NCBI GenBank assembly: GCA_002773535.1
Contig: PFAZ01000009.1
Span: forward strand, 34,739 to 98,738
Source of the DNA: Candidatus Harrisonbacteria bacterium CG10_big_fil_rev_8_21_14_0_10_40_38
GTDB lineage: Bacteria > Patescibacteriota > Minisyncoccia > UBA6257 > 1-14-0-10-40-38
Direction of reading: 5' to 3'
Length of the DNA: 64,000 bases
The stretch's first letter is position 1, and each line of letters starts with the position of its first letter. Shown piece by piece: positions 19,688 through 30,139 of the stretch. The notes under the pieces are model-generated. The model saw nothing but the letters and a program-made list of their open reading frames with translations. It did not search any database and was not told the DNA's origin. Both the position numbers and the translations under genes were made by a program.

Positions 19688-20638
19688 TTAATAACCGAGG
19701 AGAGTAACTGCTTTTTTTAATCCATCAAAGCTTGTACTGATAACGAGGTAGTTATTGACGAAGGCATAGTTGAAAGATGCTCCTTTTTCAGAAAAGACTT
19801 TATAACGAGTCTGGAAACTGTTTAGTTGACCTGATTTAAAGTCCTGGCCATTTCCTGGATTTGCGAGATAAAACCCTGAAAGGTCTGCGCTCTCCATTGC
19901 GTTCATGTTTGATTTTACTTCATCAATATTGACTCCGTTTTTTACTTTTGCGATATAGCCAGGCCATACGCCATCATCGGTGTAATAAAGGAATGCGGTA
20001 AAATCGTTCTCAAACCAATTTTTTATCTGATCTGCAGCGAGAGCAGGGAGATATGCCGAAAGGTATGAACTCCATGGAACTTGGCTTCCTGCGCTGTCTT
20101 TGACGACTATTTCCTGAAGCGAACCACTTGGAAGCTTGGTTACGCTTATTGCCTGAAGGTTTGTGCTGATTGTTGCCGAGAGTATGTTACTTAACCTAAC
20201 TTCGGATGATGCATCTGATTGTCCGAGGAGGTATGTATTGTGAACCATCGCCTGTTCTGTTGGTGTTGGCTTTGGAGATTCCACTACCGCTGTTTCTGGA
20301 AAAAGAAGTGGGCCAACGACAAAGTAGCCTAAAAGCCCAACACCAATAATAACAACACCAAAGACTACCCAAAATAGCCATTTTTTACCGCCCTTATTAC
20401 CCTCTGGCTGACTACCTACTTCTGCGCCCGTAGAGCCATTATTCGAGCTGGGCATCGTTGATTGTGTTTCTGGTTTAAAAAATGCTTCTTTCTCGCTTTG
20501 AGGAGGAAGAACTGACTCCGGCATAGGCGCGGCGTCACCTCTCTGAACTGAATTTGTGTCGGAGCCCATTGTTCTTATCCCGACTTCGCTACTTGGCGGG
20601 GCTCCTACCCCTCCTGGGTTCTGATTATTTTGATCCAT
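19688..20638 (-). CDS. hypothetical membrane-anchored protein with a large extracytoplasmic domain
   Basis: 316 aa. Low-complexity N-terminus, a single TM helix WLFWVVFGVVIIGVGLLGYFVVG, then a globular domain. Confidence 0.5.
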   Translation of the reverse strand: MDQNNQNPGGVGAPPSSEVGIRTMGSDTNSVQRGDAAPMPESVLPPQSEKEAFFKPETQSTMPSSNNGSTGAEVGSQPEGNKGGKKWLFWVVFGVVIIGVGLLGYFVVGPLLFPETAVVESPKPTPTEQAMVHNTYLLGQSDASSEVRLSNILSATISTNLQAISVTKLPSGSLQEIVVKDSAGSQVPWSSYLSAYLPALAADQIKNWFENDFTAFLYYTDDGVWPGYIAKVKNGVNIDEVKSNMNAMESADLSGFYLANPGNGQDFKSGQLNSFQTRYKVFSEKGASFNYAFVNNYLVISTSFDGLKKAVTLLGY

Positions 20639-20717
20639 ATTAGTAAGTTTTTTCTTAAGACTAACATAAATAAGACCATCGGACTGTGGACAACTTTATT
20701 ATTTTCGAGAATAATTT

Positions 20718-22841
20718 TTATTGCCTTGGTTCCGGTCCTTTTTCTTCTAAAGCCTTCATCGAGAGGCCAATTTTACCTTCCTCAACTTTAATAACTTTTG
20801 CGCGTACGTGGTCTCCGAGCTTTACAACATCTGTGACGTTCTTAACATATCCATTTTTTAACTCTGACACATGGACCATGCCATCTTGGTGTGGCGATAA
20901 TTGAACTATGGCACCAAAGTCTAAAATTCTTACAATTTCGCCTTCTACAATCTCCCCAACCTCAAATGTTTTAGCAATTGATTTTACCATTTCTAGCGCT
21001 GCTTCGGCTTGTTCTTTTGTCTGACCGGTAATAAATACCTGACCGGTTTGTTCTATATCAATTGAAAGCGCGCCTGTATCAGCAATGATGCCGTTTATCA
21101 TTTTTCCTCCTGGGCCTATCACCTCGCCTATTTTTGATTCAGGAATATGGGTTGTGAGAATTACCGGAGCAAATTCTGAAACATCTTTTCTGGGAGCATC
21201 TATTGTCTTTTCCATCACATCCAATATGTGGAACCTTGCTTTTTTTGCAGCTTCTAAAACCTCCACAATCATTTTTCCTGTTACGCCATTTATTTTCACA
21301 TCTAACTGAATGGCCGTTACACCGTCTCTGGTTCCTGCAACTTTAAAATCCATGTCACCAAAATGGTCTTCTGGTCCTTGTATGTCTGTGAGAATCTTAT
21401 AATCGCCAGAAGAATTACTCATGAGTCCCATCGCAATACCTGCAACGGGTTTTTTAATAGGAACCCCTGCATCCATAAGAGAAAGCGATGCAGAACAAAC
21501 AGTTGCCATTGAAGATGAACCATTTGAGGAGAGGATTTCTGAGACGACTCTTATTGTGTACGGGAACTCTTCTTGTGAGGGAATAATATTTTTCAAAGCT
21601 TTCCCCGCGAGCGCTCCATGACCAATTTCTCTTCTACCCGGACCTCTTGAAGTCCCGGTTTCACCTACGGAATAAGACGGGAAATTATAATGAAGAAGAA
21701 ATCTTCTTTTACCGCTCCACTCAATACTTTCCACTGTTTGTTCGGAATTTGGAGGGCCAAGAGTTGTTACGGTAAGGGCTTGGGTATTTCCTCTTATAAA
21801 TAGAGCTGATCCGTGCATTCTTTCAAATAGTCCGATTTCCGCGTATAAATCACGGACCTGATCAAGTTTTCTGCCATCTGGACGCTTATCGGATTCGATA
21901 ACATTTTTATGAACTAGGGTATCTATCTCATCTTCGATAAAACCGTCTATTGAGCCTAATTCTTTTCCGGGAACTTCTTCTCCTTCAAGAGATTCATTAA
22001 CTGATTTTTTTAATGCGTCTATACGAACTTCTCTTTCTGTTTTATCTTCGGTGTAAATCGTATTTTCTAACTTATCGCTGATTAATGATCTTATTTTTTC
22101 CTTAATTGAGTCGCCCGGATCTGCAAGCGGAATCTGTTCCTTTTCTTTTCCTATTTTTTCAATAATCCCTTTCTGCCAAGTGACAAGTTTTGCTATTTCA
22201 TCTTGAGCTATTTTGCATCCGTCGGTGACAACCGACTCGTCGGCTTCAATGCCCTCGAGCTCGATCATGTTTATATAATTACTGGTTCCAGCAATAAAGC
22301 CCGAAAATTTTTCATCCCCGTTTAGACTTTGTCCATTTGAATTAAAAACGAACTCGCCATTTTGTTTACCAGAAATCCTAACTCCAGCTACAGGTCCATC
22401 CCAGGGAATTTTTGAAATACCTAGAGCGGTTGAAGCTGTTAAAAGAGCGATAAAGTCGGGATCGCTTTTTTCATCGATAGAGAGAACTGTCACAACTACC
22501 TGAACGGGCCTCCTCATTCTGTGGTCAAACAGCGGTCTTATTGTTCTGTCTATAATTCTGCCGGAAAGGATTGCCTCTTCTGATGGCCTGCCTTCGCGTC
22601 GAACAAATCTGCTGCCAATTATTTTTCCTGCTGCATAAAAACGTTCTTCGTAGTCAACGGTGAGTGGAAAAAAATCTCCCGGACGGTCTTCTTTTGCCAT
22701 AACTACCGTTACTAGAACGACTGTTTCTTCATATTTTCCTAAAACAGCAGACGTTGCCTGATCTGCAAGACCTGATACTTCTAGTGATAGCTGCTTACCG
22801 GCAAACTCTGTTTCAAATTTCTGCCTATTGAGATTAATCAT
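20718..22841 (-). CDS. pnp: polynucleotide phosphorylase (PNPase)
   Basis: 707 aa. Two RNase PH domains, then KH and S1 domains at the C-terminus. Sits downstream of rpsO, as in the conserved operon. Confidence 0.9.
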   Translation of the reverse strand: MINLNRQKFETEFAGKQLSLEVSGLADQATSAVLGKYEETVVLVTVVMAKEDRPGDFFPLTVDYEERFYAAGKIIGSRFVRREGRPSEEAILSGRIIDRTIRPLFDHRMRRPVQVVVTVLSIDEKSDPDFIALLTASTALGISKIPWDGPVAGVRISGKQNGEFVFNSNGQSLNGDEKFSGFIAGTSNYINMIELEGIEADESVVTDGCKIAQDEIAKLVTWQKGIIEKIGKEKEQIPLADPGDSIKEKIRSLISDKLENTIYTEDKTEREVRIDALKKSVNESLEGEEVPGKELGSIDGFIEDEIDTLVHKNVIESDKRPDGRKLDQVRDLYAEIGLFERMHGSALFIRGNTQALTVTTLGPPNSEQTVESIEWSGKRRFLLHYNFPSYSVGETGTSRGPGRREIGHGALAGKALKNIIPSQEEFPYTIRVVSEILSSNGSSSMATVCSASLSLMDAGVPIKKPVAGIAMGLMSNSSGDYKILTDIQGPEDHFGDMDFKVAGTRDGVTAIQLDVKINGVTGKMIVEVLEAAKKARFHILDVMEKTIDAPRKDVSEFAPVILTTHIPESKIGEVIGPGGKMINGIIADTGALSIDIEQTGQVFITGQTKEQAEAALEMVKSIAKTFEVGEIVEGEIVRILDFGAIVQLSPHQDGMVHVSELKNGYVKNVTDVVKLGDHVRAKVIKVEEGKIGLSMKALEEKGPEPRQ

Positions 22842-22853
22842 TGCTGTATTTTT

Positions 22854-23432
22854 TTATTTTCTTCTTTTTATGTTTAGTAAAATTTTTGGTATGTCGTCGA
22901 GACTTATAAATTTGTCTGCCGCCTCCCTGAGGCGAGAGGATGCGCTTTTACCAAAAGCGGCGACTTCGACGACCTTGCCAAGACCCCATTGGAGATACTC
23001 GATAAGAGGAACAAAGTCTCCATCCCCTGTTACGAGAATAATATTATCGAGAGAACCGGACATACGAATAGCATCGACTGCGAGTCCTACGTCCCAATCG
23101 GCTTTTTTCATGCCGCCGGGGTAAACCTGAAGATCCTTACTTCTTAGCTCGAACCCTGTTTCTTCTAATGCTTTAAAAAAAGCAGCCTCTGGCGAGACTA
23201 CTCGTCTGTTTTTCCCGCTTGTTTTTTCTTTTTCAGCTTCTCCGTGAAAGAAGCCGTCGATGCCTTCTGATTTTACAACATAAGCAACTGCGCGCATCAG
23301 CTTTCTTTCGCCGACAATATTGTTTACAAGTTCGTTGTAGTTGACGCGTGAGTTGTATAAGTTCTTTGCCGAGTGGTAAAGGTTTTGAATATCAACGAAT
23401 ACACCTATTCGCTGATCTTTTTCCGCAATCAT
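22854..23432 (-). CDS. NYN-domain (LabA-like) protein
   Basis: 192 aa. IGVFVDIQNLY ... ILVTGDGDFVPL is the NYN ribonuclease-like fold. Inserted between rpsO and pnp. Confidence 0.7.
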   Translation of the reverse strand: MIAEKDQRIGVFVDIQNLYHSAKNLYNSRVNYNELVNNIVGERKLMRAVAYVVKSEGIDGFFHGEAEKEKTSGKNRRVVSPEAAFFKALEETGFELRSKDLQVYPGGMKKADWDVGLAVDAIRMSGSLDNIILVTGDGDFVPLIEYLQWGLGKVVEVAAFGKSASSRLREAADKFISLDDIPKILLNIKRRK

Positions 23433-23695
23433 CTTTTTAGATTAAGTTTTTTTAAAATTGCTTTATATTTTTTAGGATCTGTACTTTCAACGTATTCTAG
23501 AAGCCTTCTTCTCTTTCCAACCATTTTTAAGAGACCCCGCCTTGAGTGATGGTCTTTTTGATTTGTTTTGAGGTGTGCTGTTAGCTCTTCTATTCGCTTT
23601 GTGAGTAGAGATATCTGAACCGGAGCCGATCCAGTATCTGTTTCGTGAATAGAGCTTTCCTTTATGATGTTTTTCTTTTTTCGTGATGTAAGCAT
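23429..23695 (-). CDS. rpsO: 30S ribosomal protein S15
   Basis: 88 aa. ...HLKTNQKDHHSRRGLLKMVGKRRRLLEYV is the typical S15 sequence. Confidence 0.9.
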   Translation of the reverse strand: MLTSRKKKNIIKESSIHETDTGSAPVQISLLTKRIEELTAHLKTNQKDHHSRRGLLKMVGKRRRLLEYVESTDPKKYKAILKKLNLKR

Positions 23696-23709
23696 ATTTA
23701 AAAATTATT

Positions 23710-24786
23710 TTATTTCTTTAGCTTGAGAATGATTCTTTTTTCGGACGCTTTCACAAGCTCGACCTTGAAGGTATACATCTTGCCTTCTTCAAGAGCTTTT
23801 TTCATGTCTTCAACACTTCCAAATTCAGAGACGTGAATCAATCCTTGAATATCTTCATCGAGAAGAATGAAAGCCCCAAAAGGATTAAACCTGGTAACAG
23901 AACCCTTCACTTCATCTCCTGGTTTGTATTCATCCTCAACTTTTTCCCATGGGTCAGGCTTAAGCGCCTTTAGGGAAAGGGAAACTCTGTTGTCTTTGAT
24001 TTCAATAATTTTTGCTTTTACAGCATCCCCTATCTTTACTACGTCTTTTGGATTTTCAATAAGTCTGTGATCAAGCTCTGAAATATGAATAAGACCTTCG
24101 ATTTGAGGATTGTCGGCAAATCTCATAAAGGCTCCGAAATCTGCAACGCCTGAGATGATTCCATCAACGATGTCGTCAACTTTGTATTTTGCTAAAAGCT
24201 CTTTTACGTTTTCTTGAACAGTCTCTCTTTCGGAGAGAATGATTTTATTTGCTCGAGGTTTTATATCGATAATTTTTACCTTGAGGTCGCTGCCAACAAG
24301 CTTTCGTAGTTCTTCTAAAATGCGCCCCTTATCTCCGTCATCAACTCTTGGGTAGTGATCTGTAGTGAGTTGAGAAACAGGCAGAAAAGCTCGCATATTA
24401 TTAACTTCTGCAAGAAGACCACCTGAATTTGCTCCGGTTATTTTAACAGTAATAATCTCTCCTTGCTCCATGAATTCCTTAACAGAATCCCAAACTTTTT
24501 GCGCACCTGCTTCAGTGAGAGATAATTCTACATATCCGTTTTCATTTTCTACATCAACTACTTTAGCTGATATTTTATCGCCTGTTTTGAGCCCCTTGAT
24601 GACTCTGCTGGCATTTGAAAACTCTGCCCCATAAACAATTCCAGTGCCAAAGGCCCCGAGATCGAAATATGCCGATTTTGCGGTTGATTCTATTAATATT
24701 CCTTCTACTAGGTCGCTGGGTTTTAATATTGAAAGCCCTGATGTGAGCTTTAATAGTTGATTAATTACTAAGTTGTTTTTTCGCAT
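23710..24786 (-). CDS. S1 RNA-binding domain protein (ribosomal protein S1-like, four S1 repeats)
   Basis: 358 aa with repeated S1 domain signatures (e.g. GDKISAKVVDVE..., GEIITVKITGANSGG, VKAKIIEIKDNRVSLS). Confidence 0.75.
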   Translation of the reverse strand: MRKNNLVINQLLKLTSGLSILKPSDLVEGILIESTAKSAYFDLGAFGTGIVYGAEFSNASRVIKGLKTGDKISAKVVDVENENGYVELSLTEAGAQKVWDSVKEFMEQGEIITVKITGANSGGLLAEVNNMRAFLPVSQLTTDHYPRVDDGDKGRILEELRKLVGSDLKVKIIDIKPRANKIILSERETVQENVKELLAKYKVDDIVDGIISGVADFGAFMRFADNPQIEGLIHISELDHRLIENPKDVVKIGDAVKAKIIEIKDNRVSLSLKALKPDPWEKVEDEYKPGDEVKGSVTRFNPFGAFILLDEDIQGLIHVSEFGSVEDMKKALEEGKMYTFKVELVKASEKRIILKLKK

Positions 24787-24928
24787 GCGGATTTAGATAA
24801 TTTTCTACAAAATCTGAACAAATCTGCCTTGTAGAACTTCCCGAAGAGTATACATAATGGTGCTTTTGTAGTCAAATTTAGGCTTGAGATTTTACCGCTT
24901 TTTAAGTACAATATATGTACTCAATAAT

Positions 24929-25546
24929 ATGGTAATTAACTGGTATGGAGAGGGCTGTTTTCGCATACAAAGTGGGGACACAACCCTAAAAGTTGATCCT
25001 TTCGATTCCTCTACGGGGCTAACGCCGCCCCGTTTTAAGGCTGATCTCACAATCTTTACCGACACAAATTACCCCCTCCCGGATTCTGCCTCTGAGTCGG
25101 AAGATGGAACTATTATCGTGGGTCCTGGCGAATATGAAATAAAAGGAATACAGGTTCTTGGCTGGCAAGCGGAAGCGGAAAAGGAGAAAATAAAATCTAT
25201 ATACCTTGTGAATTTTGAAGATATGCGGCTTGGATTTTTAGGGAATTTAAAATCAATACCAAAAGCTGAAGCGGTTGAGGAACTTGATGGAGTTGATATT
25301 CTTTTTGTTCCGGCAGGTGGAGAATCCTTTGCTTCACAAGCGTCTATTGGGAAACTGATAAAACAAATAAGCCCCAAAATAATCATTCCTTCATTTTTTT
25401 CAGTTCCAAATCTAAAGCGAAAAGCGGATAAGATTTCTGTTTTTCTTGATGAAATCGGAAAACAAGATACAAAACCTCAGGAAAAATTAACTATAAAAAA
25501 GAAGGAGTTATCACAATCTATGCAGGTTATTGTTTTAACTGTTTAA
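24929..25546 (+). CDS. metal-dependent hydrolase, metallo-beta-lactamase fold (UPF0173-like)
   Basis: MVINWYGEGCFRIQSGDTTLKVDPF ... ILFVPAGGESF. The ORF track starts further upstream at 24884. Confidence 0.6.
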   Translation: MVINWYGEGCFRIQSGDTTLKVDPFDSSTGLTPPRFKADLTIFTDTNYPLPDSASESEDGTIIVGPGEYEIKGIQVLGWQAEAEKEKIKSIYLVNFEDMRLGFLGNLKSIPKAEAVEELDGVDILFVPAGGESFASQASIGKLIKQISPKIIIPSFFSVPNLKRKADKISVFLDEIGKQDTKPQEKLTIKKKELSQSMQVIVLTV

Positions 25547-25550
25547 AACT

Positions 25551-25874
25551 ATGACAAGCTCAATTCATGATTTTTTGGATAGAATACGAAAATCTCCTAT
25601 TAAGACAAGAAAGAGATGGCAATATACACTTACTGCATCAGCTATGGTAATTATTATTGCCGGATGGGGAGCTTATACCGGACTTTTAATAAAACCTGCT
25701 TTTAGTGAAACTAAACAGGAAAGCGCCCAAAGTGAACCCGGCATAACTGGGACATTTTCAGCAGGCCTTGCAGTTATAGTTTCTGAGGCGCAGGATTTGG
25801 GCTCAAAACTTTCAGATTATTTACGTTCGACGATTGGGTCATCCAGAAAAATAAAAGTGGAGCGTTCACAGTAA
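25551..25874 (+). CDS. hypothetical small membrane protein
   Basis: 107 aa with one TM helix (ASAMVIIIAGWGAYTGLL). Confidence 0.4.
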   Translation: MTSSIHDFLDRIRKSPIKTRKRWQYTLTASAMVIIIAGWGAYTGLLIKPAFSETKQESAQSEPGITGTFSAGLAVIVSEAQDLGSKLSDYLRSTIGSSRKIKVERSQ

Positions 25875-25879
25875 TTAAT

Positions 25880-28351
25880 ATGGCAAACATAGAAAAAAGA
25901 GAAATAACATCAGAACTTCAGGAAGCGTATCTTGATTACGCAATGTCAGTAATAGTAATGCGCGCATTACCAGATGTTCGTGACGGATTAAAACCGGTGC
26001 AGAGAAGAATTCTCTGGACGATGTGGGACAACGGAATAACGTCAACTTCGAAGTTTAGAAAATCTGCTTACGTGACTGGTGAGACCATGGGTAAATATCA
26101 TCCTCATGGAAATTCTGCGATTTATGACTCTATTGCGAGAATGGCGCAAGATTTTTCTTTAAGATATCCGCTTATTGATGGACAAGGAAACTGGGGATCG
26201 ATAGATGGCGATGCTCCTGCAGCCGAGCGTTATACCGAGTGCCGGCTTTCAAAAATTTCAGAAGAACTTCTTACCGATATCGAAAAAGAAACCGTTGACT
26301 GGCAAGAAACGTATGACGCGAGCAGAAAAGAGCCGAAGGTTTTGCCTGCAAGAATTCCAAACCTTCTTTTAAATGGAGCTGTTGGTATCGCTGTTGGTAT
26401 GGCAACAAATATACCGCCTCACAATCTTAGAGAAGTTTCTGATGCCATTCTTCATATAATAGATAATCCAAAAGCATCTACGGCGGATGTGATGAATATA
26501 ATAAGCGGCCCTGATTTTCCAACAGGTGGAATTATTTATGACAGAAAAGCTATAACCGAAGCATATACAACCGGCAGGGGCTCATTTACTACAAGGGGTG
26601 TTGCAGAAATTGTGGAAAGAAAAGGAGGAAAGGGATCACACGATATAGTCATAAGCGAAATACCTTATCAAGTAAATAAAGCTGAGCTCATAATAAAAAT
26701 CGCAGAGTTGGTTCAGGACAAGAGACTCGTTGGTGTGAGAGACGTTCGAGACGAGTCTGATAGAGATGGACTACGAATAGTAATTGAATTGAAAGGCGAC
26801 TCGTCTCCACAAAAAACTCTCAATCAGTTGTATAGACACACGGATCTACAGAAAGATTTTCACTTGAACATGATCGCTCTTGTAGAGACGACTGATGACA
26901 CTGGAGAAAACAAAGGGCTACAACCACAGGTTCTTTCAATAAAAGATGTTCTCGAGCTTTATGTTGCGCACAGAGAAACGGTTGTGAGAAAGAGAGCGGA
27001 GTTTGACCTTAGAAAAGCTGAGGAGAGGGCTCATATATTAGAAGGACTATCCAAGGCTCTTGATTCAATAGATAGAGTAATTGAAACGATTAAAAAGTCA
27101 GCGAACAAGGAAGAAGCTCATAAGAATCTTGTTTCAAAATTTAAATTGTCAGACATACAGGCACAGGCGATTTTAGAGATGAGGCTTCAGACACTTGCTG
27201 CGCTCGAACAGAAAAAGATAGAAGATGAACTTAAGGAAAAACTAGCTCTTATAAAAGATTTACAAATTCTTCTTAAGAGCCCTACAAAAATAAGAGGTGT
27301 AATCAAAAGCGAAGTAATAGAAGTTAAAGAAAAATTTGGTGATGAGCGCAGAACCAAAGTTGTCGCAGGTGGACTGAAGCAATTAAACGAAGAAGATTTA
27401 ATTCCACAAGAAGAAGCCATAATCACATTTTCACAGAGTGGATACATAAAACGTCTTCCACCGGGAACATTTAAGAGTCAGAAGCGTGGTGGCAAGGGAC
27501 TTATCGGGTCCGAGCTTAGTGATGAAGACTTTTTGACTCATCTTATATTTGCGCAGACTCACGACAATATTCTTTTCTTCACAAACAAAGGACGTGTATT
27601 TCAGACAAAAGTTTGGGAAATACCTGCGGCGAGTAGAGTTGCTAAAGGAAAGCCGGTACACAACTTTTTAGAAATACCTCCGGAAGAACAGGTTACAGCG
27701 ATAATTTCTTATAGTGGAAAACAAGCAAAAGAAGATTCTTCCGGATTTCTGGTAATGCTTACAAGGGAAGGGGTTATGAAAAAAACATCTCTTTCGGACT
27801 TTTCACATGTAAGAAGGACCGGAATTATAGCAATAACACTTGGAAAGACTGACCAACTTGGATGGGTGCATATGTCCAGCGGTTCTGATGAAATAATTGT
27901 TACAACAGAAAAGGGTCAATCTATAAGATTTAAAGAATCACAGGTTCGCCCAATGGGTAGATCAGCGAGTGGAGTTAGAGCAATTCGTCTTGGGAAAGGA
28001 GATTTTGCAAGTTCGATGAATATTATCGATGAGGAGAGTAAAAAAAATAAAGACACGAAACTCCTTGTCGTTATGAGCAATGGATTTGGTAAACAAACCC
28101 CACTTTCCGAATATAGACTACAGAGCAGAGGCGGCAGTGGAATAAAGACTGCAAACATAACCACAAAGACCGGACCTCTTATGACAGCGCATGTTATTTC
28201 TGACGAGGAAGAGATTATTGCGATTTCTGCAAAAGGACAAACGATAAGGACTAAACTTTCTGATGTAAGGACGGCGAGTAGAGCGACACAGGGCGTGAAG
28301 GTTATGACTCTTAGACCCGGTGATAGATTAGTAGGAACTATTTGCTTGTAG
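25880..28351 (+). CDS. gyrA: DNA gyrase subunit A
   Basis: 823 aa. LPDVRDGLKPVQRRIL, HPHGNSAIYDSIARMAQDF (catalytic Tyr region), and a GyrA box (SQKRGGKG) ahead of the C-terminal beta-pinwheel repeats. Confidence 0.9.
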   Translation: MANIEKREITSELQEAYLDYAMSVIVMRALPDVRDGLKPVQRRILWTMWDNGITSTSKFRKSAYVTGETMGKYHPHGNSAIYDSIARMAQDFSLRYPLIDGQGNWGSIDGDAPAAERYTECRLSKISEELLTDIEKETVDWQETYDASRKEPKVLPARIPNLLLNGAVGIAVGMATNIPPHNLREVSDAILHIIDNPKASTADVMNIISGPDFPTGGIIYDRKAITEAYTTGRGSFTTRGVAEIVERKGGKGSHDIVISEIPYQVNKAELIIKIAELVQDKRLVGVRDVRDESDRDGLRIVIELKGDSSPQKTLNQLYRHTDLQKDFHLNMIALVETTDDTGENKGLQPQVLSIKDVLELYVAHRETVVRKRAEFDLRKAEERAHILEGLSKALDSIDRVIETIKKSANKEEAHKNLVSKFKLSDIQAQAILEMRLQTLAALEQKKIEDELKEKLALIKDLQILLKSPTKIRGVIKSEVIEVKEKFGDERRTKVVAGGLKQLNEEDLIPQEEAIITFSQSGYIKRLPPGTFKSQKRGGKGLIGSELSDEDFLTHLIFAQTHDNILFFTNKGRVFQTKVWEIPAASRVAKGKPVHNFLEIPPEEQVTAIISYSGKQAKEDSSGFLVMLTREGVMKKTSLSDFSHVRRTGIIAITLGKTDQLGWVHMSSGSDEIIVTTEKGQSIRFKESQVRPMGRSASGVRAIRLGKGDFASSMNIIDEESKKNKDTKLLVVMSNGFGKQTPLSEYRLQSRGGSGIKTANITTKTGPLMTAHVISDEEEIIAISAKGQTIRTKLSDVRTASRATQGVKVMTLRPGDRLVGTICL

Positions 28352-28365
28352 AAATTTTAAATTTA

Positions 28366-28398
28366 AAAACCCCCTTTAACTCATGAAGGGGGTTTTTA
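28366..28398 (+). terminator. rho-independent terminator after gyrA
   Basis: AAAAACCCCCTTTAACTCATGAAGGGGGTTTTT. Confidence 0.8.
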
Positions 28399-28434
28399 AT
28401 TAACACATAGTTTTTCGCAATTGCTATATACTAT

Positions 28435-29730
28435 ATGTATATGCCAAGAAGCAGAGTTATTTTGATCGGTATCTTTGGACTTTTAGCACTTTTTTTCGCA
28501 CTTTTGTTTTTGGGAATTATTCCCGGATTGCAGGAGGATGCGAAGAGTAAAACCCCTCTGACTTTCTGGGGAGTTTTTGATAGTAAGGATGTTATTGATT
28601 CTGTCTCGGCGTCTGTTCCGGGGTATACAATCACCTATCGCCAATTTAGCCCGCAAACATATGAGTCAGAACTTTTAAATGCGCTTGCTGCAGGAAATGG
28701 CCCTGATGTATTTATGTTTCACAACTCATGGTTACCGAAACATGCGGATAAAATTGCGCCTGTAACGGCGAGGGATCTTTCTATTGGGAGTTTGAGGGAT
28801 TATTTCCCAACTGTTGTGGAGCAGGATTTTGCGCCGGATCGTCAGACGATATATGCTCTTCCGCTTTACATGGATACATTAGCGCTTCTATATAATAGAG
28901 ATATTTTTGACACAAAAGGCGTTCCCCTGCCGCCAAAAAACTGGAGTGAATTTCTTGCTACTATTCCGAAGTTAAGAGAAATAGATAGTACTGGCAGAAT
29001 AACAAAAGCCGCTGCGGCGATAGGCGGATCGGGAAAGAGCATCAACAGAGCTTCTGACTTATTGTCCGAAATAATGCTTCAAGCTGGAGTTTCTATGACT
29101 TCGAACGACTACGGTAGGGCGACTTTTTCGACAAATGGCCTACAGCCGCTTCTCTTTTATACCCAATTTGCAAACTCTGCCAGCGAGGCATATACATGGA
29201 GTGACGCTTTTGGAAATTCGATAGATAGTTTTGCTGATGGCTCTACAGCGATGATGTTTAATTATTCTTATCAGATACCAATCCTACTTCAAAAAAATCC
29301 GTTTCTTTCCATTGGTGTTGCCCCATTTCCACAACCGGCCGGAGCCGAAGCAAATCCTGTAAATTTTGCCAACTATTGGGGAGTTGCTGTGGCGAGTCAA
29401 ACGCGAGTTCCTACCGAGGCTTGGCAATTTATCTTAAAACTTACGACTGATGAATCTATTGCCGGAACATATGCAAACGCGACCGGAAGATTGCCGGCTC
29501 TAAAGTCGTTGATATCGGCAAGACTCAACGACCCAATATGGGGCGTGTTTGCAAACGCAGCGCTTTCTGCCAGGTCATGGCCGCAGATTGATAACAATGC
29601 AGTTGATCAGATTTTTTCAAATTTAATTGAAAATGTAATTACCGGAAAATCTGATGCGGCAAGAGCTCTACAAGAAGCAGAGCGATCCGTGACATCTCTT
29701 ATGGAACGTCAGAGATCTACAACTTTTTAA
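28435..29730 (+). CDS. extracellular solute-binding protein (ABC transporter family 1-like)
   Basis: 431 aa. N-terminal TM/signal anchor. GNGPDVFMFHNSWLPKHADKIAP and the overall pattern resemble sugar-binding substrate-binding proteins. Confidence 0.55.
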   Translation: MYMPRSRVILIGIFGLLALFFALLFLGIIPGLQEDAKSKTPLTFWGVFDSKDVIDSVSASVPGYTITYRQFSPQTYESELLNALAAGNGPDVFMFHNSWLPKHADKIAPVTARDLSIGSLRDYFPTVVEQDFAPDRQTIYALPLYMDTLALLYNRDIFDTKGVPLPPKNWSEFLATIPKLREIDSTGRITKAAAAIGGSGKSINRASDLLSEIMLQAGVSMTSNDYGRATFSTNGLQPLLFYTQFANSASEAYTWSDAFGNSIDSFADGSTAMMFNYSYQIPILLQKNPFLSIGVAPFPQPAGAEANPVNFANYWGVAVASQTRVPTEAWQFILKLTTDESIAGTYANATGRLPALKSLISARLNDPIWGVFANAALSARSWPQIDNNAVDQIFSNLIENVITGKSDAARALQEAERSVTSLMERQRSTTF

Positions 29731-29731
29731 T

Positions 29732-30136
29732 ATGAAAAGACGGATAAATCTTGATAAAGTTATAAAAATTTTTTTGGTTTCAGTTTTTGTTTTGGGTTTA
29801 TTTGCATCTGTTGCGCCACAAGCGTTTGCGGCAGTGAGGCTTTTTGGAATCAATGTTGATTGTGACCCATCTCTACCTCCTGCAAGCGGTGGATGCGGTA
29901 TTTCAACTTTTTTCCAATTTTTATGGATTATTATAGACAGGCTTATGAAGTACATAGCCATACCTGTTTCGGTGCTTATGTTTATATGGGGCGGATATGA
30001 TATGATTTTGTCAGGAGGATCGCCGGGGAAATACGAAGGAGGTTTAAAAAAGATGAAGGCGGCGTTTATAGGTTTAGTTATTTCTTTGTCTGCGATTGTT
30101 ATCGTAAGTTTTATAGGAAATTTTTTCTTTAAATAA
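29732..30136 (+). CDS. TrbC/VirB2-like pilin (T4SS-type pilin family), paralog 1
   Basis: 134 aa. Long signal peptide ending AFA. Two hydrophobic helices separated by the short loop SGGSPGKYEGG. Confidence 0.55.
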   Translation: MKRRINLDKVIKIFLVSVFVLGLFASVAPQAFAAVRLFGINVDCDPSLPPASGGCGISTFFQFLWIIIDRLMKYIAIPVSVLMFIWGGYDMILSGGSPGKYEGGLKKMKAAFIGLVISLSAIVIVSFIGNFFFK

Positions 30137-30139
30137 TTT